A DNA stretch of 64,000 bases, taken from Utricularia gibba (lineage: Eukaryota; Plantae; Magnoliophyta). Below are positions 37,252 to 49,249 of this stretch, piece after piece (the first letter of the stretch is position 1; every line of letters starts with the position of its first letter). A program made the position numbers and the translations under genes. The stretch lies in contig NEEC01000010.1 of NCBI GenBank assembly GCA_002189035.1, forward strand, positions 434,001 to 498,000, in the 5' to 3' direction. The notes below the pieces were generated by a model. That model was not told the DNA's origin. It saw only the letters and a list, made by a program, of their open reading frames with translations, and made no database searches.

Positions 37252-38419
37252 TCTTCTACTCACGGTCCATGAATAGTAGGCTACTCCTAATGGATTTTGA
37301 TGAAGAGCAAGGTGAAGAGCACCATCTCCAACCCTACTGGTTTAAGAGAAGTAGCAAATTGTTTGTGACTGAGGTATCATAAAAATGGATAGGTGGTGGC
37401 CTCATACCTGTCATTGGTCATTGGTAACAATTGGGCACATGCACAAAATTCGGTTTTGAAAACAATCGATGACAATCCTCTTGTCTTCTCAATCGTCCAA
37501 GGGGGAATCACATGATGCTATTCCCATGCCCCCTTGTCAATCAGAGTGTAAGGAAGAATAGACTATTCTTTGTTCCTATAACTAGTTATTCGGAAGGAAC
37601 CAGTGAAAACCGAGGCGAGGATAGACAAAAGAACGAAACGGAGTTCCTTTCCCACGAACTGCATCTCGTAGTCAAAGTCCATTACTTATGTCATGTCTTT
37701 TATTTCTACACTTCAAAAACCCCTTTTACAAATGCATGATAATTTCTAAAAGTTTTCTACAAAACACTTTTCTCAAAACTCAATCTGTGAGATCGACACT
37801 TGTACTCCTTTGTGTTTTACGTTTTTCTAAATTAAAATTTATTTAGAAAACGACATGCAACAATCAAGAATTCTTATCTCAGGTAAAAAAACAACTAGCA
37901 GTCTTCAACATTTTTAGAGTAAGTTGATAAAGGTGTTCAAGATATTTGACTAGTCTTCTAACATCTTCCCAATCACTTGTACTTGGTATGATATATATTC
38001 CTACATTATTTTCAAGATCTTTTCTAAATATGATATTATATATAAGTGTGGCTTCCAGCATTAGATAAGTAGCATTCTACCTAGTTGACACATTTAATAT
38101 CAAAGAATATTTACAATGAATATTTTCAACAACTACACATTCTTTAAAATTGTACAACCTTTGAGAAGATTCTCTAATATATAGTTTATCTTCTCTAACT
38201 TTTTTTACAGCATATGTTGCCAATTTTATACCATTTCACACAATTAATTTAATTATGTAAGCAGCACACTACATATGAAGCATTTTATATTTCATCACAC
38301 TTTCTTTCTGTTACAATACTTCCCTTAAAAACCGAATAACAACATCATTTGAAATAGTATTATCAATTGTAATTGTAAAAATTTTATCCAATCCCCAATC
38401 ATGTAAGCATCTATCAATA

Positions 38420-39607
38420 TGATAACACCGTTTTTATTATATTTTTATATATATATTTTAAGTGTATTTTGTAAGGTTAAATGTCGCTAAGTGTGCTAAA
38501 ATGTCTTCTTTTGTGTATTTAATCTTTTAGAATGTGTTTTTTTGTGAAAATAGTATATATTTCGTCTAGTCTGTGTTTTAAGTCTTACCAGGGTGAGAGC
38601 TAGTACTATAGCAGCGCACTTTCTGCGTTGACAAGTCAAAAGGGACAGAAAAGCTGTAAAAAAGCCACTTTCCACCGAAAGTAGCCGCCCTTCTGAAGAG
38701 ATAAGATATGGAGCAAAGATCTCCATTCTAGAAGCCAGAGGAAAAAGACCAAGCTGCCCTTACTTTTGAGTAGCAAAAGGGAAAAGGAAGGGAGAGAAGA
38801 AAGAGAGTAAAATGTGCACGCAGAGTGCATAGACAGCGACCAGGAGCAAGCGGGAACGAGAACGTCGTTTCTCCGGTGAAAGTCTCCGGCGACCTCCAGA
38901 TCTGCGTGTCTACACCACTGCTCCGGCCAGAATTTCGATTTCCAGCAGATCTCTAGCCCACAGAAGCATCCTACAACTTTTATTTATAGATTTCTGCACT
39001 CCCTTTTCTGCATGAACTTGCTACTGTTATTGTCGTCGTTTTTATGCTCTCTGTTGTGTTTCGGTACCCTGTTGTGAACGAGAAACTAGTTGTAGACATT
39101 GTTTTAGCTTATGAACATGCTGTTGTTTACCCTTTTCGTGCTTTGCCTTACGTTTAACACAATTTACTGTTCTTGCAAACCATGCTCTGTTTCTGCAAAC
39201 CATTACTCTGTTTTTAAGCATTCCAAAGCTAGGTTTAAGTCTATGGGCCCCCTTGAGTGACACAAGATAGACCATGATGTAAAACCCAATCAAATTACTT
39301 TTATTTTATGTTTTCTGCACCTTCACGTCAATTTCAATCCCTTTTCACCCCTGCAACTCGCTTATTCCAGTTACTGTTATTTTAGATCTTACCCGCGTTA
39401 GAACTAAACTTCAGAAACCCCCCTTGTTTCCAGTAAATGTGTTAAACTTCAGGAAATTACAACCATTCCCTATGGATTCGACCCTTGCTTGCCACACTAC
39501 ATTAATTCTTGTGATTTGTGTAGTAGATTAGCTTGGTTTATAAATTTCTTTTGATGTGTTGAATGTGCTAAACCGCGACATTTAGCAACCCATTCCAACG
39601 TCCATCA
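38420..39607 (+). mobile_element. Solo LTR D (Athila-like)
   Basis: TGATAACACC...CCATCA; TSD CAATA; its removal restores the hAT transposase reading (NIRVTIDRCLHDWG). Confidence 0.85.
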
Positions 39608-41693
39608 CAATAGTAACTCTAATGTTTTTTCCCTCTTGAGATGAAATTGGATAAAAACTCAACAACCATTTGTGCAATATCCAATCCTCATCAATATAAT
39701 AAATAGTCAAGTATATGTAATTCATCCTTTGAATTAAACTCTAACTATCAGTAGTTAAACTTACTCTTTGGTATGAGCTTCTAAAATACTTTTTTAATTT
39801 TTCATTTTCCAGATAAAACAAGTCATATATATTATGTTATGCTGTCCCTCTTGAAGGGACTTTAAACTTAGGACAAACAAGAAACATAAAATAGACAAAT
39901 TTAGACCTTGAAACAAATAAAAAAGGAAGCTTAGAAGATGTTATTAATTACATCAAAGTTTTTCTATAGTTTAAAAATCACACATGATAGTAGTTATATT
40001 AGAATTGGTTGTAGAATTGAATGCAATAAATGTTTGCTTTGAATCAATATCAATAAGTTTTATCCTTTTCTTGAAAGTTGTATTATGATTCTTCAGTGAA
40101 GATGTCTCATTTATAGTATTAACTCTTATTTCAAATCCACATGCCTTAAATTGAACCTTCATTATCTCATCAGAATCTCCAAATCTTTCATAACTAGATC
40201 ATAAAGATGATCTTAAGGGCATTTGTTTTCTCTTCTTCTGACTAGGTCTACCAATAGCAGATATTCAAGTTATTGCATTGCCAAGAAGGTGGTGGAGGAG
40301 GAGGTGGGCAATTAGAAGATTATTCAAGAGGTAGTGATAGAATTCAATCATTACCCATGGTAGAGAAGAATGGTAGAAATTGAACTTGGACTAGACTCCT
40401 TAACTACAGAGTGTGTTGAAGGTGGGCGATTAAAAGATTATCATAGTGTGTTGAAAAATGAAGAATAACAATGGTGCAATTCATAAAAAGAATAAAATCC
40501 TAATAATTCTTAAATATAGAATATATTATATATTAAATATACATTAAATAATAATATAAAAACTTTGATCTATTCGATATATACTAAACTACATAACCTA
40601 CTTTCAATAACCAGATTAAATTTCAAAATTTTTGAGACTCATCTGCAAACCATATACCGAATTTCCTACTTTCAAATACCAAATAGCATAAAATTTAGTT
40701 TGGTATTTGAAATTTCATTAATTTTGCACAGCCATATTTTAAACAAAAAGTCTTTCAACATGAGTACTCTAATATGTATATGCTGCAAACAGTATAAAAC
40801 TATAATTCTGACCTTGTGCATTATCGTACTTGTAAGTCGATGCGGATGCCATTGAGCTTTTTATTTATAGTTACGATGCGTCCATAATGTACATGCAATC
40901 ATAGGTCTCCATATTTGTTGAAGGTGGTCAGAGCAAACCATTTTTGGAATTTAGAATGTATCATTATCATTCACCAATTTTCTAGGGAATCTCCGTAATT
41001 TGCACCCGATGTTGTCATGCCCCCATCATTTCATTAAATATACTTTGGATGAAAGACATCTAACCATATAAAAAATTGGATTTTAATGGATAATGACACT
41101 ACTGCTTGCACGTAACAATCTTTTAATATTTCTTAATATAAACACTTTGAAAAATTTACAAATATAGCACCTATAAATTGTCGATCTGAGTTATATTTTA
41201 TCGTCGAGTCACGTATCACTGAACAATTGAAGGGTCATTGTTTGATCCTCCTCGATCAGCTCGAGTGGTTTACCCACGCAATCCCATGCTTCTTGAACAG
41301 TGCCTTATCTCTTGAATACCTTGGCACATATTATTGGGCGAGCGCTCTTCAAATGAGTCTTTTCCATCCCCAATTCCCCATGGATGTTAAAACCAACAAT
41401 TAATATCCACTTGGGAGACTTTGGCCGTGCTAATTCATTCAAACATCGTTTTCTCTTATTCTTTTGCTCCAGCTTTGCAACATACATTGATTACCTCTAC
41501 AGGAGCAGGGTCGTGCTGGATAAAATGAGTAAACAAAGCCTGAATACAGACAGCATCATCTGTAAATAGAAATATGTTTCAATGCTCTGACTTCGATGAA
41601 GATGAAAAGATCGAGCTTCAAACAGGAAATACACCACAAACAAACCTACAAACAGAGCCCAAGTCTTGCGATATAGAGAAACATCCCGCCGTC

Positions 41694-43367
41694 TCAAGAT
41701 ATGAGAGCTTGAAAAATGGAGTCAGCTTTTCCAGCAGCAAAGAGGAATAAATGGCCGCTGTCAGGCAACTCATGATAATGAATCCATGGAAGTTTACTTG
41801 CGATATAACGCTGAAGGGAAGCCGGAACAAGAAGATCACTTTCTCCATGCCACAAATGGACAGAACCTTCGCCATTTGGAAATGGATTATGGATTTCCGT
41901 GGGATCGAACTCCCAGTTCCCAAAGCCAATGATCATGTCACGGTGAAGCGACTCATATTCACCTTGCTGTCTTGGCGCTGGCAGCTCAAGCTGGAAGAGG
42001 AGAAACTTGCAGTTAATGACAAAAACAAATGCCACTGCAAGACTTCAATGGCTGAGTTTTCCAGGGTTTCATTACCGGATTCCTAGCTTTGAATGCTGAT
42101 ATCGCTGGAATAAGATCGAAGTCAGACTTGGAGAATACTGATGGGCTGAGGGCGATGACACTTGAAGACGGGAACAATTTCTGTGTGTTCCACCAGTACG
42201 TAAGCCATGGTAAATAATGTCCGATGCGCAGGGCCCATTGGTCTGGAAGAGGCTGCAGTTTGTATGCCTGCTGAGACAAATTTGCAGGAAATGAAGGCCA
42301 CCAATAGTTCACAACTGGTGCCACTAAAGCTGCTCCTTGCAATCTGTTTAGTAGAAACAATGCCAAAGTATCGTGGTTATGGTGATGAAAAGTAAACTGT
42401 TGAATTCAAAACAACACCTGTGTGGAATATATTTCAGGACACCCCATACAGCTTGTCCACCCATAGAGAATCCAGCAACATAAAATTTGGATCCTAATCC
42501 CAACTGATCACCAAGCTCCTCAATGTCATATGCCAAACTCTTAACCGTGCGTGTAGGGTGAGGATCACTTTCACCATAACCAGGTCTGTCAAAGGAAACA
42601 ATGTAGATCCCTTGGCTTTCGACGAAACCCTGTAAAGGAGCTCAAGAACAAGCAAGATAAAAGAAACCAATCCAACATGTCATATATAAGCCACAGAACA
42701 GTAACCAGCATTACCTGCGAGAGGGATGCGATTACTGGAGAAACAGAGTGCCTACATCCATCAAATTGATGCACAAATATCAATTTATGTTTTGCAATAA
42801 CCTTTGGAACACCATATTCTCTATAAGCCAAGTGTCTTCCATCCCTGAGCTGTATTCTAGGTGCAGTAACTGGAGGTCCGTCAGGAGAGCCACATGTTTT
42901 AGGAGATGGCGGTCTAATTTTCTGATATGCTATTGCTATCAATCCCATAAAAGAAACCAACAGAATATTCCTGAAAATTCCTGAAAAACTAAGCTTCAGG
43001 AAAAAAGAACATAGGGCAGAATCAAACAGAAAGGCAGGAAGCCTCTTCAGTTAGGAAACGCAAGTCTGTAACTGCAGACTGTGACTATCTATTGACAAAA
43101 TAGTGCCTCCGCACAATTAAATCACGACAAAATTGAACCAAATTTCTTATGTATCATAAACCGCCCACCATATCAATGCAAAAGGTGTAAAAGTGATAGA
43201 GCGAAATCAGATTCCTGATTCAAAATGGTACGGCGAAACAGTGGCAAATAAAAAGGAAGCAGTCGCGCACCCGAAAACTTGGATGAGGTCTTAGTCTTAG
43301 CCTTTGGCTTCCTCGTGTGAGCTCGCGCAGAAGCCGCAGATATCTTCCGAGAGGTTCCCGCCGCCAT
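41694..43367 (-). CDS. Alpha/beta-hydrolase fold protein, 379 aa, 5 exons
   Basis: Exons 43367-43271, 42980-42715, 42629-42418, 42343-42076 and 41990-41694 total 1140 nt. N-terminal RKISAASARAHTRK, TM segment, DGRHLAY, FDRPGYGESD, GFSMG nucleophile, HGESD and SGH. Confidence 0.95.
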
Positions 43368-44282
43368 TTTCACCCTCGCACTCTCCACCTGTTGTCCGCG
43401 TTCAACAGGCGAACACCCACTGACGGATCCTCCAATTCCAAACGATGAACACAAAATTCAACAAGAGGGTGCAAGTAGATCCCCAGAGAGGCCGGGGTTG
43501 TTGGTACACAGCCAGAGGAGAACAATGTCGGCCCACATTAGTAGCTTAAAAAAAACAAGAGAGTCGCACAAAAGCCCGTCGTGACGGTTTGGGCTACTGA
43601 AATATAAATAAAATAATATTAAAAATGGTAACGAAGCCATATTCTCCCTCTAATAATGGACCGTTTTAATTTAAAAGGAAAAATCCGAAATGGGTCATAT
43701 AAAATAAGAATGGAGTGAGCGTATAATGCACCTCATTTTCATTTCTTCACTTTATTTTAATATGAAAGAGGATTCCAAATAGAGTTGATGGCTGCACAAT
43801 CAAAATTCGAAAAAATGGAATAAATGTGCGAAAAGCACCATCAAACCTGTGGGCTGCTGTGGTTTTCAGTTCACAGATCTACCTGCCTGCGGCTAAGCTG
43901 CGGCCGTTGACGGAATTATCCTTCCATTATCTTTATTGCTCTTTCCCCCTCCAACTTATTTATGACGCAACTTTTTATGTTACTAAATACACGGGGCTGC
44001 AATTAGGGTTTATGCAATAAGGTTTTTGAACCATTCAAAGCCATATTAATGAAAAAAAAAAAAAAGTTGATCGATTTCCTACACTCGGTTTCATCTCCAA
44101 TACGCCTTTTCATTTCATTTTTTTTCGTTAATATGGATTTTAAAATACAAGTAAAAGATTGAAAACATTGCGAGTGGAGAAAAAAAAATGGCACACAGGT
44201 CGAAATATTCGCAGACGGACGCTGCCAGTCCGGCCCGCGAAGGATCTCACCGATGATCATTCGGGAAATCCGACGGTTGACA

Positions 44283-44729
44283 TCAAATCTTGTGCAACTT
44301 GACGCCCTTGACTACGGGGTTGGCCCTGGCGATTTCCTCCCTCCCCATCGCCTTGAAATCAAACGTACAGCCGTGTTTCTCCGGATACCGATGGACCCCA
44401 CAAAAAGAAGCTTCGCATCGGCACCGGAAACCCATCAGACCCACCTTCTTCCGGCAGGCGGAGCACCTGTTACTGCCCTCTGGTCCCCTTTGCGGCGGCG
44501 CGTGGGTCGCCGTCGAGGCGGAACGCTGAATTTTCTCCAGCAACGAAACCGGCTCCACAGAGGAAGTCGACGCCAAGCCGAAGGCCGTGGTTTCTGCTGG
44601 TTTCTCGATTTGGAGGTCCCTGTAGCATTTGGTGCAGAGGTTTTGCATCGCCGGGCTTCCGATGAAGCCACAGTTGTTGACGCACATGCGGTGGCCGTTG
44701 GTGGCTTGAAATCCTTGCTCTTCAGCCAT
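44283..44729 (-). CDS. SAP: A20/AN1 zinc-finger stress-associated protein, 148 aa, intronless
   Basis: A20 CVNNCGFIGS..LCTKCY; AN1 CSACRKKVGLMGFRCRC..FCGVHRYPEKHGC. Confidence 0.97.
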   Translation of the reverse strand: MAEEQGFQATNGHRMCVNNCGFIGSPAMQNLCTKCYRDLQIEKPAETTAFGLASTSSVEPVSLLEKIQRSASTATHAPPQRGPEGSNRCSACRKKVGLMGFRCRCEASFCGVHRYPEKHGCTFDFKAMGREEIARANPVVKGVKLHKI

Positions 44730-45121
44730 AGCGCGTTGGATTTTCTAATTTTCGGAGGAGAGGAATTGCGGAAAATGAGAATTTGACCGATTTATATAGA
44801 GATTCAGGAGGAGGTGTCGAAGTTATATTGGCAACTCCATCGGAAGCCTCACGGAAATAGGACAAACACGCACAAGTCGCCGACTTCTTATATTTATTTA
44901 ATATTCCTGATAATTAAAACCCCCAGATATTTTTACTTTTTTTTGTTAATTACTCCTCATGTACTCAATTCTTAGGTAATTGCGAGGGCAACCCTGCCTG
45001 GGGATTATTTGCAACAAAATCTCGCTAATTCTCATTAATTGCATTCGTATATATACATAACCCTAATTTTTTGGGCATTGGGTTTCATTTTCACCTGAGT
45101 CGTCTCTTGGAAGTTGGAATC
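44730..45121. promoter_or_regulatory. Shared divergent promoter region of SAP and TAF12
   Basis: 392 bp between the ATGs; TATATAAA on the minus strand near 44790; telo-box-like AACCCTAA near 45059. Confidence 0.55.
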
Positions 45122-47656
45122 ATGGAAGAAAGTACATCCGCGGCACCGGCACCTCCTAGTGAGCAACAGCAACCCTCGGTGAATCCTCAGCCGCCGACAC
45201 CTGCCGCCTCGAACCCGGTAGCCGCCATGACGTCTTCGAATCCGGAGTCAGAAGCGCCATCGAAACATGAGCAATCTGGTACCCCGCAGACTAAACCAGC
45301 GTTTAATACACGCCCATGGCAACAGCCTTCATTCTCGCACTTCTCTCTCCCATCCCCTCCTTCGCCTGCTTCCGCGGCTTCGACGTCGTCAGCAGTTGCC
45401 CCTCCAGCTCCTCGCGGCGCATTGGCCATTGGAGTTCCGGCTTCTACTCCTTCGATCGCATCGCCGCCCCAATCACAGGTCAATGTTCTTTGAATTGTTG
45501 GTGTAATTGTGGAGTAAGTTGTTTTCGTCTATATTTTGAGTTCGCCTAACGTTTAGAGTTTGTAGTTTTTGGCCGATATCTGCTTCTTTTCATATATTAA
45601 TTACATCTCAGAAAATAGTTCCTCCTCTAAGATGCTTGCAATTCAGATGAAGCAGCCACTTCAAGGCGCTGGTACGTCTCCAATTTGGCCAACAGGAATC
45701 CCTACCCATCAGCTGAGACCTTCACAATCTTCCCTGAGGCCTCAGGCTAGCTCAAGCAGCCAGTCTCCATCTGTCCAGGTTACTAAATTACTTGATGAAT
45801 CAACTTCTAAATTTGACGAAATACCTTCTTCCAATTTAAATATGTTGTATTCGTGCAGCCCAAGGTCAGCCATGGCAGTCCTCAGGAACACCAGGAAAGC
45901 CTCCCTTGCCCAACACAACAGTTAGACCGATGCAGCAAAGATCGTATACCTCTCAGCAGCAGCACACTAATATGGCTAGCCCTGCACAGCAGCAGCCCAC
46001 TAGCACTACCCAACAGTCACCACAATCGTTGGCTGCAAACCAGCAACAGGAGCCCAGTCAGGCATTTACGAAACAATCCTTAGTTCATCAACCAGTTGTC
46101 AGGATAGCAGGATCGGGCACCCAAAGGCCAGCGGTTGGCATGAGCCACTCTGGTGGGCTTCATGCTGGAGCTTCCAGTCGTGCACAGTCTGTGGATGTCG
46201 AGGAATCTCCTAACCGAATTATAAGCAAACGAAGCATTAGAGATATTACTCACCAGGTCAATACGCCACCATTTATTACTTTTTTTTCTTCTACATTGAA
46301 TCATGTGCATTTGGCTTTCTTTTTCATAAGAGTGTCAGTAAAGGATACGATTCAGCGTGTCTGCAAATACCATTTTCCAGATTGATCCCTCTGAAACTTT
46401 GGATCCAGAGGTCGAAGAAATTCTCATGGACATTGGTGAAGAGTATCTTGAATCCGTGAGCTATATACTCAAAGTTCTCCTTCAGTGGTTATTTTTGAAT
46501 TTCTTCATGCTGAGTTCTGGATGTTTGTGTATTGCTGCCTTCGTATTTGATGCTATTTTATATTTTGTTACTGTTGCCGTACTTGTCAAGTTTCACATTT
46601 TTCCAATCTTGATTTCTATTTTTCATGAATGATAGAGTCTGGGACTCTGCGTTGGTGTAACTATATATTGCCTGGGGTAGCCTTGCATAGATTTATTGAG
46701 TTGCCTCACTTTCAGTCGTATTCTATTTGTATTTGTATTTCTCTTGGTTTGTTCTTGTTCTTTGCAATTGGTTATTGTTTGGATTGAATTCTCCAGGTTG
46801 TGACATTTGGGTGTTCATTAGCCAAGCACCGAAAGTCTTCCACTTTGGAAGTTAAGGACATACTTCTACATGTTGGTTAGACCATTCTGCCTTTTCTCAA
46901 TACGTAGTTATATGCTTTTGTTCTGAAGGTTGAGCTTCAATTTGTTCCCTAAAATAGAAAGAAACTGGGGCATGGCTCTACCAGGCTTTGGTGGAGATGA
47001 GATTAAGACTTTCAAAAAACAAGTAAGACATTGTGTGTTTAATTTCTTCTGGGCATCATTTTTTCCAGCTATGTTCATATTTCATTGAACTCTCTTTGCC
47101 TCACTCGTGATTTTGTAGGTTGCTGCTGATGTTCACAAGGAAAGACTTGCTGCTGTAAGTTTTTGCCGTTTTATTCACCATCAAGTTTTTCTAAAGTGGG
47201 CAAGTTTTGGGTTCTCTTTTTACGTGTTCTCTAGAAAACCTAATTCCTAATTGACTGCCCATCTTCAACACAAATCATATGTGGCTACAGACATCATTTC
47301 AGGCATGCAACGTTAACTTCGTAGCTTCCCATAATCCTCCATGCCACTCGATCATTCATCGCTTATATTCCTTGTTATAAGTTTTGTTTCCACTAATTGG
47401 GCTTCAGTCACAGTTGGCCAGTTTCCTGCTTGCCTTCAGTACACTGTTATCCACAAAATGCATCAGCTACCAGTGAGCGAATTCACCTTGAACCTTTTCG
47501 TGTCAACTCCTCCAGGTCAAGAAGTCGATTACGCTTGCCGATAAAAGCTCGGGGCTCCTGCTACCGGTGGTGCCAAGAGTCATCTGGCAAAGGGGCTGCA
47601 AGCATCTTCTGGCCATCCTTGAACTTGTATGTAGGACAAGCTGCATGCCAGTTTGA
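45122..47656 (+). CDS. TAF12: Transcription initiation factor TFIID subunit 12
   Basis: Q/S/P-rich N-terminus and histone fold [51 protein letters not shown]. Exons about 45122-45478, 45647-45778, 45870-46256, 46381-46455, 46797-46875, 46958-47022, 47119-47154 and 47516-end. The exon-3 acceptor and last-exon frame are uncertain. Confidence 0.93.
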
Positions 47657-49249
47657 CTAGTTTTTTCGAATTCGACTGGCTCCAGTAATGGTAGCATATT
47701 TCCCTGTTGATCTGTGAGAGGGCGAACTGCCAACTATTCTCAACCGAGACTCCAACACAGGCATAGCATGTGTTTGTCGCCATCGGGTGCTTTGGAGTGC
47801 AAGCTGCAACATGATGTGTGCTCCACCCTTTACGCTTTAGTAGTGCAATAAAGGGTTATTTAAAAAAGGGTTTTATAATTATATGTATATAAAAGTTTTA
47901 TTAAATAATCATAATTAAAAAAATTTTAATAGAAATTTATTTCTCTTGTTGTCATCATTTTGTGTCGGTTAATATCGTATGTGTTAGACAAAAAAAAAAT
48001 CCTCCAACTATAAAAGAAATTAAATATTTATTTAAAAATACCTTATTCATATCAACTCAATCTTCTAGCTTCAAAGAATTAAACCACATTTTGATTCCTT
48101 CTTCGAAATTAAGCAAAAAGGCACTCAAACGAATCTTTGTTCCATTACATCATCACTTTTAAATGAGGTACAAACACTTGTGACATTGTCAAAGTATTCA
48201 TGTAGGTTGTCTCTCATTTCTTTCATAGACTTTATTAGAAAATTGATCATGACATGCTTGAGGTAATTTGTTTTACTTCAGGACATTAAACGCTTTGATA
48301 TTGCAATCCTCGCTTATATGCTTCAAGCATGTGCCCCTCAACATAGGGGTTGTTGTTTTTATGTTACACCCCGGGCGCCATGTGCCCCTCGTGCACGGCG
48401 TCGGCCACACGGGCATCGGCATGGAGGCAGAACCTCCAACAAAGACGTCGGTATGGAGGGGCGCATTCCCCTCAAGCCGCACCGCATGCAGGCGGGCAAG
48501 CACGTGCGAGACATCATGCAATAGTATATTATTATATGCTTCAAATTGTCTCAACTCAATGGAGAATTAGCTTAAAAGATCGAAGGGTTTAGTACTCATT
48601 GAGATAAAGGAAATTCCTAGCACACAACTTACAATTTCAATGAACTGTCATTGATGCTTAGCTTGAAAGACCAAAAGGTTAACATTGCAGGAGGCAAATG
48701 CCAAGCCCATCAACCTTTAGATCATCCTCTTGAGGTATTGTGCTCACCTGACAACATTTCACCTTATTGAAAACGAAGCTCTAGAGCTACTTAGTCCGAG
48801 AAACCACAAGGCTAATATGGATCAGAGGGTAGTCACCCTAAAGAGATCCTTGTCATTTTTTGCAAATCTGAGAGTCGCTATCTAGAAGGATTTTGATAAC
48901 ACATAATTGTTTATGGTTTTTTTGGTAAAGTTAAGTGCCATGGCCAACGCTCCATGCAACACGAAAGGGAATGCAATGCCTGAGTTGATTCTAAATCCTC
49001 CTCCTTAGCTCAATCTCTTAAAAAAAGAGAGAGACAAAAGCAAGAGACAACCATGACCTCTTGGTATGTTGAGTAAAGCTAAGTTCAAGAATTTAATCTT
49101 TGAAAGCACTTCTCAAGAGGAATTATCATAGATGCTTGAGAGATGAGAGGATTAGTGCATTGGCACTCTGTCGATTCATGTATTTGGAACAAAATGTCGA
49201 GCATCTTGATCATGGTTTAGAACTCCCTTACTTCTTTCCATTCTATTAG

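Larger units (their letters stand above)
33743..37862 (+). mobile_element. Solo LTR B1, interrupted by C
   Basis: TGTTAAGTGTC...CATGCAACA; TSD ATCAA; collinear with B2 once C is removed. Confidence 0.9.
33320..40400 (-). pseudogene. Old hAT transposase split by solo LTRs B1 (with nest) and D
   Basis: After removing the LTRs: BED-like region at ~40150, RVSLTTD, IDEDWILHK, NIRVTIDRCLHDWGLDKIFTITIDN, STR*NATYLMLEA, DWEDV, EKYLKY*GD..LLFIVVIFYPR, LALFEEY, SKLDE. Confidence 0.8.

Noticed and set aside
44253-44786. Long overlapping and antisense ORFs over SAP, and over TAF12 exon 1 (45187-45506)
   Set aside because: Expected by-product of GC-rich coding sequence.
48268-48592. GC-rich island with several overlapping ORFs
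   Set aside because: No domain or splice pattern; it borders decayed retroelement sequence and is most likely an LTR-derived fragment.
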